A stretch of 64,000 nt of DNA from Botryllus schlosseri (GCA_051294905.1 CM119376.1:2108001-2172000), one strand, 5' to 3'; shown: positions 12,709 to 25,879, counted from the stretch's first letter. Notes: generated by a model from the letters alone, not told the origin. Numbers and translations: made by a program.

Positions 12709-14635
12709 CTACTCCTGGAAAATGATGTCAGAAATCAATTTCATATTAGATTTCGCTTCGTCAATCGGCATTGACCGCAGCTGGTCGGAGATGAAACCCC
12801 CGAAGCTGCTGAACCGATCCTGTGACTTCCCAATCTCTTCTGTTGACTTCTTTAGAAGCTTCACCATTTCCTCCTAGATATAACAATGCTTCTGGTTATG
12901 TACCGAGTCTGGAAATATTACATCTTTATATCCGAACACTAATAAAAGAGTCTGCAAACTATTTATTACAGCGCCTGCATCATGGTATTTGTCTCAAAAT
13001 CCTTCATAAAAGTGCATAGACCCCTAGTCTACTTCGCTCTCTGCCGAATAGAACCATCAGATAGGTGTATAACAGAGGCGGGCTACTTATGCAGTCGGCG
13101 GGGCGGATATGTAAAAAGGAAGTACTTGGCAAACCGGATTCCTAATTCGATACATTAAAAGCGTATTTATCCACCTATAGCACTAATCGTATTTAATGTA
13201 AACAGTAAGTGTGAAGCATGGAGACCAAACAGTAATAAATGGATGTATTAACGTAATGTGCATTTATAGCTGTCGAAGTCAATGAGACATCTGTGGTCGA
13301 TCAAAGTTGATAACAGGTTCTTTGAACTGCTGCGCATAGGACACAAAGAAAACAGAATTAAAGCACAATTACCAATCACTATTATGTGTGTCCGAAAAGA
13401 TGAAGGAATGACTCACAGTCACTATAACTTGATGTAGTGAGCTCTAGGAGTGGTGAATTGCGGCAGACTGTGACCACGGGCCGTATTATCATTGAAAGAC
13501 CGAAAACCGTTTGCGGACCGCTCAAAATCCATTCACGGACCTATGTTGCACACCTCTGGTAAAATGTATCGCATACGAACAAAGGGTTGAGATTATTTAT
13601 CAAATTTACGAATATATCAACTCATTAGGGTTGAGTTCGTGAGTAAATGCTGGTATTACAAGCCTTCTCGTGTTGACGAACTTACGCGTATAAGATCCAC
13701 TATCGCACTCCATAGTCCACATATACACGCACGCTAAAGAATAGCCTATACAGTCGTAGTAAGCAAATACTGCAGGATTGCGGCAGACTGTGGCCGCGGG
13801 TCACATTATCATATAGAATCGGACACTATCTGCGGGCCCATCAAAATCACGTTGCGGGCCGCATCCTGCCCGCGGGACGTATGTTGCCCGTCCTGATGTA
13901 TAATAATCCTAGTATAAATATAATTGAAAATGAAACATCACTTGAACTCTGGTCTTCTCAGTGCTACGATATGATCGCTTTCTGGAATTATTATCTTTAG
14001 GCAAAGCACTCTCAGCACTAATAACTGGCTCCTCTACATCTGCATCTGCATCTAAAAGAATATAAATTGGAAAATGCAAGATATCGTTATACATTTAAGA
14101 CACGACACATCACCATCACTGGAAGGGCACAGGCTTGTGTCGGCGTTATCCCCCACAAAAACGAAGTGAAGTTGACGACGGTGCTAGAAGACAAATATTA
14201 CATAAATTTATCAATCTCACTGTTTTCAGTGCAAAGATATTATCATGCTGCATTACCTCTTATGTCTCACCACTTGATCCAGAAACGACATCTGGGTATA
14301 ATAAACCAAATGCTCCGGTACTGATGTTGCACTTCTACTCGGCACATCACTGCGCTTTTTGTGTTTCCTTGAGTATTGAGTCCGCAAGCTGGTCCATCGA
14401 CGCTGGCACCTTTCAGCTACAATGGTAAATACCAGATGGGGATGATGCAATGGCCAGCTGTAGACATTCCAGAATCAAACTTACCGGACACAAGCAGATG
14501 AGAAGAGATAGGCCTATCTCTTCAGGCACTTTCAGTAACACTATGATCTTTGTGTTGCTTAAGACTGGTATCCCTGATTGATGTGCGCTGTGACACCAGG
14601 TCAATCGAACTGCGATTGAATTCATATTCCATCAT
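12709..14635 (-). pseudogene. MADF (Myb/SANT-like) + BESS-like protein, second gene of a Harbinger element
   Basis: Exon 1 from ATG 14635: IDLVSQRTSI.DTSLKQHKD...A*.EI. GT-AG intron. Exon 2: RCQRRWTSLRTQYSRK...YYTQMSFL. Exon 3 from 14051. Last exon 12873-12709: F.SFG/FISDQLRSMP...MKLISDIIFQE*. One in-frame stop, frameshifts, and a MITE in the last intron. Confidence 0.75.
13073..13895. mobile_element. hAT MITE (family H7a) with duplicated right end
   Basis: CAGAGGCGGGC ... GCCCGTCCTG; TSD GTGTATAA/ATGTATAA (7/8). A second right-end copy ends at ~13559. Homologous to 51081-51604. Confidence 0.8.
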
Positions 14636-14799
14636 TCAATAATGTATAAAATTTACGCTATGTTTAGGAATCAAACTGGTCTGAAAAAAATATGCACAAA
14701 ACAAATATTCACAAGTTCCGCGAACAATGCAATAATAAGATCATTGTTCTCATAGTGTCATAGTTCTCATAGTTTCCTTGACATTCACTATCAATGTTT

Positions 14800-15191
14800 A
14801 AAGATCCCATGCTCAAATTAAAACCGCACTGCCATTGAACAGCCCCATAACTGTACCAAAATGCTGCATCAACGAATTCCTATTATAATTAGCTTTCCTT
14901 GTATAATTATTGGAGCCAAATGAATTCAAAGGAGTCAGGTTTAAGGCCTCTGGTAACACAGAACGCTAGCTTCCATCAACTTCAGTTCCATTTGGGTCAA
15001 CAGTATGACCGTGTAGGCTATACCAGTCAGGTAGATTTTGGTTTAACGATATCCTTGGATATAATTCTGCTGGACGAGAGAAAAATACTCGCTACCAGGG
15101 CTGATAGGAGCCCTACGCCTGATATGCTTGCCATCCATGGCTCCAATGAAGTTTGGATATTGCCAGATGTTGGGAAATCCATTGTCTACAT
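14800..15191 (-). pseudogene. PIF/Harbinger DDE transposase fragment
   Basis: WQYPNFIGAMDGKHI...PGSEYF (DDE_Tnp_4-type), then an internal deletion, then the C-terminal GSNN...GAVQWQ motif. Cut 5' by a MITE starting CAGGGCTGTCAAAC at 15192. Confidence 0.85.
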
Positions 15192-15970
15192 CAGGGCTGT
15201 CAAACTCAAATTGCGTTGAGGGCCGAATTCTAGCCTTGCAGTCGCTCGCGGGACGGATCATTCAACTGATTCCCAAATGTTACCTCGTGTCTTTGCTTTT
15301 CACTTTATTACTTTATTGTCAAGGTTTTATAGATAATAATTCACGGATCATAGGGGTTCTTTTCCAGCAAGTCGCAACACCTCTATTTGCGAACGATTAT
15401 CTTGACAAAAATACGACAATTGTCCGGTTGAATTCAGGAGCCGATAAAATAGTGGCGCTAACGACGATATAAGTTGGCAATTTCTATGTTCCCTTTGCTG
15501 TAATCCGCCGTTAGCCCACGTGTGTGCTGTGGGGAATACAAGATATTTAACTGTGAACGCGGGCGTTGGAATTTGGGTTATTATTATTAAATCGCAAGTC
15601 GGGTATCTCTGCCCAAGTCTGGGGACTGGGGAAGTGACACAGCAGTGCGACCATCGATACTTGCAGTATGTATTTCTGTAACCAAGATATTTTCTATGTA
15701 AATTGCATGTATCGGTGCCGCATTGGCGTTTTTACTCCTGCGAATAGCTACTTTCTGGTCCCTTTTTCCGTAAAAAGCTGAACTCAGTCTGCAACTCTTG
15801 CCCCCAGAGAGAGTGAAAGCACAACAGCATAGTCGGATGGTTATAATGTGGCCTATATGCGAACATATGCTCGGCATTTGCTGTCTTGACGGAATATTTA
15901 TTGATAGTATTTCCTGCAAAAATCTCAACATTTCGTTACAAATGTGCTGTATAATATGGGAATTATTTCT
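15192..15970. mobile_element. Fragments of hAT MITEs (CAGGGCTGTCAAAC end; piece homologous to 32949-33400 in reverse)
   Basis: Terminal motif at 15192. 15590-15965 is the reverse complement of sequence seen at ~33050-33400 and ~40900-41150. Confidence 0.6.
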
Positions 15971-15974
15971 TTTT

Positions 15975-17410
15975 TGCTTTTTCACGAAATGCTCGGTCGC
16001 ATAAATCGCATTTAAAGTCTTTAAGATCGAGATGTATTTTTATTTGGTTTTTCAGAGTAGCGCCGCAAGAAAATTCTTTTCCACAAACCTCGCAAACAAA
16101 AACAAAAAATACCGCTGTGCGATACCAAATGACTTCTCAGTACACTTTGTTGATGGAAGGTCATCCCGCAGATATCACAACTGTATTCTTTGACGTCTGT
16201 ATGAACTCTCATATGACCTCTCATAGGACCAAGGTGACGAAATGCTCTGCCACATATCTCGCATTCAAATTCCCACAAACCGGAATGAATGACAATATGA
16301 TATTGTAAACTGTCCTTGGAAGGAAATGTTTTATTGCAGATTTCGCAACAGTGTTTCTTTGCGTCGCTGTGCAACTCCAAATGGGCTTTTTGTCCCGACT
16401 TGGTGCGGAATTTTCTCCCGCAGATATTGCAACCATGCTCTCCGACGTTTGTATGAACTTGCATATGATTTTTCATATTGGCATGCCTAAAGAATGCTTT
16501 GCCGCATATCTCGCATTCAAATTTCTTGCCACTAAAATGGACCAGAAGATGATGAGTTAAACCAAATTTTGAACGAAAAGTCTTATGGCAAATATCGCAT
16601 CGATATTGTCTGACGTCACCGTGAGTTGTCATGTGCGTTTTTACCGTATAATTGTCGCGAAAATACTTCCAGCAAATATCGCATTGATATTTCGTCATCA
16701 CAGTATGGATTTGCATGTGTCTTCTCATGGCACCAGTGCTGGTAAATGCTTTACCACAAATTTCGCATGTAAATGCTTTTTCAGCGTCGCTATTTACTCG
16801 CATGTGAAATATTAGTTTGGCTTTATAGTAGTATGCCTTCTGGCATATCATACATGGATATTTTAATCCGTTGTGAATTGTTCTATGTCTTTTAAGTTGT
16901 TCTTTATAACGATACTCTCTTCCACACTCATCGCAACCGTATTCTTTGATATCAAAATGCATGTTCATGTGTAGTTTCATCCATAAACTGCTAGCATATG
17001 CTTCGTCGCAAATCTGGCATACGAAATTCTTTGCAGCAGAATGTGTTTGTCGGTGCGACTTCAAAGCACGGTTGTCATTCAATTCCTTCTTGCATATCGA
17101 GCACGAACATTTGACCTCGCAACGAGGTTCTGAATGTCTTTAAAGACTGCCCTTACTGCTGAGATTCTTCCGACATATTTCACATGTATGCTTATTGCTC
17201 AGGAGCAGACCAGTGGATTTTCGTGTGCCTTTTTAGCCGAGCATTGTCAGCAATGTCCATTTCACTACTGTCACATGAACGCGTGTTTCCTTCGTAGTGA
17301 CATTGCTTGGCGAATTCGCGCTTTCAGGTCATGTCCATTCGACTGTTGTTCGAAAACTTGTGATGTGATGGTCAGGGTCACAGCAAGGTTTCGCAAGTAT
17401 ACGCTGTATT
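15975..17410 (-). pseudogene. C2H2 zinc-finger array A (~14-15 fingers), disrupted
   Basis: ORF 16021-17082 plus flanking fingers. In-frame TAA at 17140-17142; frameshifts near 17190 and 16100 (fingers continue in another frame: CEVCGKEF..., CDLCDRAF). 3' end truncated by a MITE fragment. Linkers are not TGEKP. Confidence 0.85.
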
Positions 17411-17596
17411 TATCCTGTTACAAGTAGGCTATAACAAAACAATAAAGCTCTAAACCAGATGAATTCTGCCTTTCTGGCTCATGTCCCACAATAATCGCGG
17501 TGATTCATTAGTGTTTACTGAAAACATAGTTTAAACAAGTCAACGTCTGAATGGCTCGAAAACTCACTCGGCTGTAATGATAATAATGCTGTATGC

Positions 17597-20084
17597 CAGA
17601 GGTCTCAAACACGCGGCCCGCGAGAGCATTTTGTGCGGCCCGCGACAGCATTTTGGAATTTTAAGTATTCAACAATATCTTTAAGTGCCATACATCTTTT
17701 TTAGATATAAGAGCCTGAAGTTCACGCTAACACTACTATAATTCACTGAAAACTCAACAAACTTCACTATCACATCACTTTTGTTTGTTTGTTTGTTTTA
17801 TTCACACATACACAGTGGCGCTTATCGCCTAGACCAGTGGTCGGGAACCTTTTTCATCTGAAGAGCCATGTTAGCCCCATATTTTCTATTTTAACTACAA
17901 CCAGCCATACATGTCAATCAAATTTTGCGTCACAATTGAAAATTCATGACGTCATGGTAGTATTAATTCTAACTCACTACATGGGATTCGCCGTGGGCGC
18001 CATATTTTCTCTGTGAAAACTCGTTGCCTACTAATCATCCAGTGATAGCGCAATTCATCGTAAATACGGCTCAGAATTTATAATCACTGATATTAATCTA
18101 AATATCAGCTTCTTGGAGATGCAAAACATCAATACACAATTGAATAGTAGGCTATATTTATATTGAAATGAACCCGAATATTTTCGACTGACGCTCGTCA
18201 GGGGTAACCGTCAGCAACTAGTACAGAATTCAAAATACCATCGTATATCATCAACTATAAATACGTATAGCACTGATTCCGAAAATCTAAATATTGACCG
18301 ACTTCTCCATTCGGCAGGAACACAAACCTTGCACTACACGCCTACATTATAACGGCGCGCAGTACTAGAAAGCGCCTTATCAATTTGGAATTGGATAGCG
18401 AAGCGTTGTTAGTAATTTGCATTTGTAATTGGAATATCTAAGACAGTTCATTTCTCGGCGTAGACCAGGAAGACAATGTGTATTTGAAAACAAGATTGTC
18501 ATATAGGCGTCCCCATGTCTGTTATTCTCTTATGATCATCCAGCGAATGGTGCAATCCAAGATTACGCAGCGCGCGATGCCAGCGGGTACATCGAATTCG
18601 TGACGAGAGGGATATTGGTCGCTGGCGCAACAGCAACTTAGATTTGAGGATTTTGTAAAGCAGCCCGAGTCCTACCCTGGATACGCCACTGCTTTGACCT
18701 CTCAAATACATGTTTATGGTGCCACGAGAATAACTATTCTGATCGTTAAGAAAATTTACTAACAAGTTGCTGCAATATCGATAAAATTAAGTACAAAATT
18801 AAAAATATGTTCAAGAGCCATATCTTATACTCAAAAGAGCCATATATGGCTCGCGAGCCATAGGTTCCCGACCATTGGCCTATACAGTCATTTGCGCCAC
18901 GACATTAATTTCAGTAATTTCAGCCCTATGTCTTTGCAATGTTTCCGACGAATTCCACGCTTGGTCTGTTTCATCCTCTGTCTCGCTCGTTTTTCATGTG
19001 CCCATATCTTGCACTTCGCAGCCGACTTTTGGCTCGGCCCTCCTTCACTCTGGGCTTTGGAAACACTGCGATGCGGCGCCCAGAGTAAGCTCCGACACCC
19101 CGTGACGTATAGTTGGTTATATGTTGAGTGTTGTTTGTTCTCTTCATCCATGCTATTATCGGTGGTGAGTAAGGTAGTACTGCGCTCCACAGCTGTAACA
19201 CCAATGAATTCTTCTCCGATTGGACAGTTTTATTCTAGAAGTTCTTAACCAGGGTCCGTAGACCCCATCGTGGTACGGATCACCACTTCAGGGTGTACTA
19301 GATGCATTGTGGAATTAGGTCTATATGCTGTGGAATCTTTTCTTGACCAATTTATTCACTTGGAAAATAGTCTTCGCGGTACGCGCGATTTTATGTGAAT
19401 GGAATTTTTGATTTTAATATCGATACCACCAGAAATTGTGTTGAAAATGGACAGGGGCTACGAGAAATCTTATTGGAAACACAGGGGTTTGATCGCTAAA
19501 AAGGTTAAAAAGCAATGCTATTACTATCGCTCAATAATGATTACATTTGAGTTGTTATTGATATGTTCCAATAATAATCCAAGGCAAAGTCTAACGCTGA
19601 TTTAATTTGACTTTGACAATGACAATAACAATAGCCTATACTTATCATGATTATATCACAATCAGGATTAAGCTGCACCGCTGAAATGCTATGATATCAG
19701 ATCAATCTTCAGCAAATTTTAAAATTTTCTACATAAAATTGTGGCGTGCTAAAGGTCCACTAGCTGCAATATTATAACCCGGCAGTTTTACTACGCCATG
19801 ATGCATCCTCTTGCATGATGTCCATAACTCAATTAAAAAAAATTATGCCTGGCACAAAAACAATTTTATTCAAATATTTGAAAATGTGATTTTTACCGTG
19901 TCAAGCGTGAATAGTACAATAGTAAATTACATTTCCACAATGTTTGTGGAATATCTGTCTGCAAGGTCCACTCAAATATGGCCTACTTTGAAATTACACA
20001 TTGAATATCCCTGACGCTGCTGCCCGCGGCGACATCAAAAACTAGGAGATTGGCCCGCGAGCACATTTGAGTTTGAGACCTCTG
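17597..20084. mobile_element. Non-autonomous hAT (family H7b) with nested insertions
   Basis: CAGAGGTCTCAAAC ... GTTTGAGACCTCTG; TSD CTGTATGC/CTGTATAC (7/8). Confidence 0.85.
17835..18877. mobile_element. hAT MITE (family H5, Buster-like)
   Basis: CAGTGGTCGGGAACC ... GGTTCCCGACCATTG; TSD GCCTAGAC/GCCTATAC; AGAGCCA subterminal repeats. Confidence 0.88.
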
Positions 20085-20099
20085 CTGTATACTCTAGAC

Positions 20100-20485
20100 C
20101 AGTGGTTCCCAACCTTTTTTGACTCAGCGCCCCCTTTTCAAGCTCAACGCCGATCATCGCCCCCCAGATTTTGTGAACCGAAAAATCGGTTTCCAATCTG
20201 TAATCATCGGCAGACTGACCAAAAATGTCAACTTTTCGGCTCGCTGTCGAATTTTACGCTTTTTCATCTAAATTTCCATGGGTTGGTTTGACTGAAAAAA
20301 AAGGTATTTTCTCCGACTTGACTCAAATATAGCCGTTTCAAGGCGTCATCGCGCCCTTCGCTAATTTCTCCCCCTGTCGCCCCGTTTGTCCATTTTCGCC
20401 CCCTATCGCCCCCTTCGTTATTTTTGCCCCCTAGGCCGCCAAATTGCCCCTTGAGGGGCGATATCGCCCACGTTGGGAACCACTG
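20100..20485. mobile_element. hAT MITE (CAGTGGTTCCCAAC family)
   Basis: TIR CAGTGGTTCCCAAC/GTTGGGAACCACTG; perfect TSD CTCTAGAC. Confidence 0.92.
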
Positions 20486-21471
20486 CTCTAGACAAAAATT
20501 TGCATTCAGAGTGCAGTCGATGAGAGTGAGCAGTAAGTTTGATCAGGACTTTCGATTTAATGTTTAGCAAGCGTGTATTCCAAGGTAATGTGGATACTGA
20601 AAAAATCACACGCTTGAATCACTGGATAACTATAACATGGCGGTTGCTTTCACATTTCATTGAACGTTCACTTGCGAAGTAATAATTTCATTTGTCACCT
20701 AAAAATAAAATTAGTGCTTTGCGAGTGGACTTTAAATAAGGTGTGAAATCATCCGAGATCTTACTCTTATCTATATCGTCTGCTATCGATTCAACAAATT
20801 ACTTCATAACTTTAATATTTACTCGAATAATATGTTCATATTGAAATAAACGAAAGAGACAGCTGGAGGTATAAAACTTCACTTTTCCGTTGAATTGTAC
20901 GCCATATATTGACTGTTCCCGCTGCTATTATATTGTGAATAAATTTGCGTCATCATCGCCTGTTCGACCCGACGTCATCATGAATAGCTCGACCGAAAGG
21001 ATCTTGCGCTCTCAGACAGGAATTGGTTTAAATATAACACTATTTCGACTGGTCTATGAGCTTTTTTTAGGAACGGGTCTGATGTGGATTACGGCTTTTA
21101 TTCCAGTGCAGTGGAAGAATCGGTCATTTACGATGAAACTACGACGCCGGGAAATTAATGTAAAATTAATGTTGTGATACGATAAAGATAGGATACGTTG
21201 AGCAGTCAATATTGACTGTTCTGTAGCCCAGATGTATCAGATATTTTAATAAGCGTAACTGAAATGAGTAACGCGACAGTGCCGTGGCCGCACATAGGAT
21301 TTCAAGTAGTTTCAAAGTCGTATCAACTCATTTTAGGTCGGTGACAGTAATTGCGAGACCTGTCCATAAAATCGGACCTCACACGTACCGATTACTAATA
21401 CCTGGAGTTTAATCTCACGAAACTCGACAAAATGTAGACAAGTTATTGTCAGAGAATATTCATGTGCACAG

Positions 21472-24400
21472 CAGAGATGGAAGTCGGGCCGGGCTTTTCG
21501 GGTTCGGGCCGGGTTCGGGCTCAAAGTTATAAAAATTATCGGGATTGAATCGGGCCGAATAGTCACTACGAAAAGCATTGACTTCATATACAAATTTGAT
21601 TTGCAATTTTGTTCGAAAGTGGCACAACTACATATAAGATACACCAATACCGTATTACGTAAGTATGGCAATATCTGTGAATAAATTTGATACGAAGTAC
21701 GAACCCAGATAAACTTCATTACAAGACGGTCCGAAGACTATGATTGAATAATGAAACAGCTAAATAGCTGTCAGCTAAATAGTAAACAAGTTTCCCAAAT
21801 ACGCCTGACATTGATCATTGTTCAGGCCACATTGTGACGAAAACATGACTTCCGGATGGATGGATTACCATGCTGGAGCCTGGATTATTACCAGTTTAGT
21901 TTTAATTTCGATGAGGCATGCTGAACTGAACAGCTAGAAGCAGGTGATGAGACGACGGCTTCCGTTGTGGCACAGCAGAATTGATCGATAGATGTGTTAT
22001 GGCGGTGTTAATATTTATTAAAGAAAGCTTTTAGATGCACCATAGTGATTTTGTCGTCCATGGTGAATTGCTTTAGGTCTATACGGAAACTAACTTATAT
22101 TGTATTAGGCTATGTGACAGCGGTAGTATTGTTATATGGTAGGCTAGTAAGGCTACACTAACAGTAAATAATGCAGACGATACATGAATTATCAAAAGAA
22201 TTGCAAAGACATCCAGAACGGTTTCCGTTTTCTCCTGCTCCAGGTCGATTAGAGTTTTGGAGGACAATGAAAGTCGTAGCACGGCGTTGTCAGCCTACTA
22301 ATGCTGTAATTGGTGTCACACCGGAAATTTTGACCGGAATAGTTTCATGCGGTGTTTGCAAACTAGTATTAAAATACGATTGCCAAAAAACAGGGTCGTC
22401 CCATATCAAGCGCCATTCCGAACATTGCAAGCCTGGGTCTCATGAAAAAAAGAAGCAGCAGCTAATGTTACAGTTTGCAAATAAAACGCTCAGACTAAGC
22501 GAATCTGAAAAGCTGGACATAAAAACTGCTGAATTGGAGTTTTGCGTTCCTGGCTATCATGCCTTTCAATCAGTTGAAAATGACGGCCTGATCAAGCTAT
22601 TACAGCAATTTGTGAACATGTCCGCGACGCATGGACGTTTTAATGTATCAGACGTGATATATGGACGTAAAACTATATCGTTTTATTGCAAGGAAAAAGC
22701 TGCAGTAATAAGGGAAAGGCTAACAGAGGTTTTAGTTGAACCACAGTTAGCCGAAGCCGTCGCAGTAACGTTGGACTTGTGGACGGACGAATACAAGCAT
22801 ACGTCATACCTAGACGTACACGTCTTCTGGATTGATAAGTCCTTTGAAATGAAACATCAAGTTTTGGCGGTACGTCATTTTGGGACTGAACGTCACACTG
22901 CTGAAAATATTTCACGGGCTTTACAGACTATATTGGCTGAATATGCTATTGATGCTTCAAACATTACGGCAACTACCGACCACGGTGCAAATGTTGTCGC
23001 TGCCTTTCGAGTAGGAATGTTGAAAACGTCCGCACGCCTTGACTGTATGGCACGTAGGCTACACACTTGCTTCTCAACCATGTGGTCACGGGTATGCACT
23101 TCACAGTCAGAATTGCTCGATTACGATAACAATGCATCTTCTCTGGTAAAGTATTGTAATCAAGCCTCCGGTGTGCAGGAACAACTGCCCGTGTCGTTGA
23201 CAAAAGGCTCGTCAACTCGGAGATGGCAAGGCTATATTGATAGAGCATATTCCATCAACGAAAGTTATGAAGCTTTGGTGCGCATTCTTTCAGAACCACA
23301 CAGAGACCGCACGCAGCTCATAGCATCTGTTAAACGAAGAATGAACGCGGAAATTTTACAATTCATGAAACAATTCGGCGATATATTTGATGTTATGCAA
23401 TTTAATTCCAAACCAACGATAGGCTACGCCGTGCTAGCGTATTATAAGGTGTTTGAACTTGCAAAACCTTGCCAGAATGACCATCCCGTTATCAAGGACA
23501 TGAAGACAGAACTTGGACAACTTTTGGACACAGTATATTTTAAATCTTCGCTGAAGCCCATCACTGGCTAGCTACCTCTCTCGATCCAAATTTCAAACGA
23601 TTTGAATTTCTGCCACTTATTAGTAATGAAGAGGTCTCATTCAAGATAAGATTGCTCTCGGACATTGATAAATGGGTAATTGAACACATGGAAAAGGTTG
23701 CCGACAATAGCCCAGGAAATCAAGACTATGTTCGATCAGAAGCAAGAGAAATGCGACCAATCGAACTTGATGATCCATTCTCCCAATTTCGCGACGGTCT
23801 TGACAGACATTCTGCTCCAAGCCTCGCTTCGTCTGACAGTATCAAGCGAAACTTACTTCAGGAACTTCAACGGTACAAGGAATACCAAAATGCATCATCG
23901 CACCCCAATCCGCTGGACTTCTGGAGAAACCATGAACGGGACTTTCCAACGCTCTCCAGGGTGGCTAGAAAGATGTTTGCAGCCCAGTGCTCAAGTGCGC
24001 AATCCGAAAGAGATTTTTCATCGTGCGGTCTGACCTTGTCGCAGAGACGAACCCGACTGTCTCCAGTAACTGTTGAGGCTATTGAAATAATTAATTCTTC
24101 GTATAACGTGTGAATGCAACGCCCTTTGCATGAATGACAGTTGACTTGTATTTTGAACACACTATTTTTTCTCATCTTGGCCAATTTCATTCCTTTATTT
24201 CTTTAATTTAGTTTAATATTGAACCATTTAATACAGTTCACATTTTGCAAAAAGGATGGTGGATCTAAGTTAACAGTGGGGCTGTTTTCAGCGTATTCTC
24301 ATTCAGATATATTAAGTTCTCTAGCCATATGCAAGATTGATATCGAAAGAAAACAAAGTGAGAGCATTGAAAGCGTTGAAAAGCTCGAAATTTGAATCGT

Positions 24401-24564
24401 ATATCAGCTTTTTTGCTCGCAACAGTTGAAAATTGCTATTTGAACTTGGTTTCGGGCCGAAACGGGCCCAAAACTCGACCGTCGGGTTCGGGCCGGGTTC
24501 GGGCTGAACTCGTCGGGTTCGGGCCGTGTTCGGGTCCGGCTCACCCGGCCCGCTTCCATCTCTG
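21472..24564 (+). mobile_element. Near-complete autonomous-type hAT transposon (Hermes/hobo-like)
   Basis: TIR CAGAGATGGAAG(T)CGGGCCGGG at both ends; TCGGGCC/TTCGGG subterminal arrays; a full transposase gene inside. Both flanks contain TGCACAG, but it is offset by 3 nt on the right. Confidence 0.93.
22171..24113 (+). pseudogene. hAT transposase with one frameshift
   Basis: BED finger (W...CGVC...HIKRH...C), Hermes-type DNA-binding region, TLDLWTD, TTDHGAN, RW, SSAQSERDFS and C-terminal dimerisation domain. A 1-nt deletion at ~23557-23560 joins ...SSLKP to HHWLATSLDPNFK... CxxH reads CMAR (CGT at 23053-23055). Confidence 0.92.
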
Positions 24565-24920
24565 GACTGCACAGTCTGCCTATGCATAGCAGTTTTACTG
24601 TGTCTCTGCCTTCAATTCGTCCGCTTGAGATTATCTTAAACTTACCAGTCTACACGTCAATTAAGACACCAATTTCGCTACGAGATGTAGGCTATCAGTT
24701 TCACGCCCCTGCTGTATAGCTGATGAGGCATATATTTTACTTGATTGGGATATGTGATAAGTCAATTCATGTTTGTTCCTAGGTTTGCGCAAGCCTTAGC
24801 GAATGCAGTGAATTATTCAATGGAGTTTGGACCTACCCTGATTGCATATACCTTGCATGTACAACTGAGATTCAAAGATTTGTTGCTGAGAAAATGAGAT
24901 TCACATATTACTTGCAACTA

Positions 24921-25826
24921 TAGGGATGGCGTGAACGTGAGATTGATACACGCGTTCTGTGTGTGAACGTGAACATCTAAAATTTGGAGGCTCGGGTTCA
25001 CAAACGAACCATGTTAGGTTCTGCACTGTGAACTTTTTCCATTTATTACAATTTTACACCTCAATATCACGTGTCTTCGGTTGCAATTCGTTGCCTTTCA
25101 ACTTCGGACCACTCTCCGCAACGCGCTGGCAGTATGGAAAGAATCTTAGCACTAAGCGAGCATGCACCTTATAAATTTCAAAAATTATTTGCTTGAAATA
25201 TAAAGCAATCGTTTGTAAATTTTTATTGACTCTCTGCTATTAGCTCTGTCCGCAATCACACAATAGCAAGAACGAAACACACGACATGTAGGAAGTCGGG
25301 TAATTGCGCTTTGTCAACCAATCAATTATATTTACATCAACGAAATTGATGTAAAGAATACATCTATGTCTAATGTAAAATATGTATCAGGCGTAGCGGA
25401 TCTATCTCGATTTGATATCCTTATTGAATTCCTGATTTGGGTGTTGGCTACAGTATAACTTGTTTTTGAGAAAATATCCGGCGCAAGTATAGAAGCCGGT
25501 GTTTCACTCTTAAGAATGGATTTGTCCTATCTAGCCGGGTCCTCACTTGAAATTGTAGGCAGAGCGACGGAAGATCTTGATTTTGTGTAATTATTATAGC
25601 AGCATTTGATTGTTCCAGTGGATACAGCAGGTGACGTTCAGAAACTCAGCATCTACTTCAGCATTGTGGCATTATGTGACCCGAGACCTGGCTAATTATC
25701 ATGTACATTGATATATTATTTACGGAAATGAGCGGTTGGAATTGAGAATATGACGCCCCGTGAAGTCATAGGATCACGTTCGCGTCCACACGAACCTGAA
25801 CCTTTCAGGTGTTCGCACCATCCCTA
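24921..25826. mobile_element. hAT MITE (family H2)
   Basis: TAGGGATGGCGTGAAC ... GCACCATCCCTA; flanks CTTGCAAC(+TA)/TTTGCAAC; colinear with 7949-8858. Confidence 0.85.
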
Positions 25827-25879
25827 TTTGCAACCACTATAAGTCTCATTTTGCATTGCATGTGACGTTGCCTTATAAG

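Noticed and set aside
16117-17427. Plus-strand ORFs over the zinc-finger arrays, and minus-strand ORFs over the hAT transposase (22673-24190)
   Set aside because: Antisense shadows of the real coding strand.
18185-18225. Helitron 3' end (hairpin + CTAG)
   Set aside because: Homology among copies continues well past the CTAG, and CTAG is not conserved in all copies.
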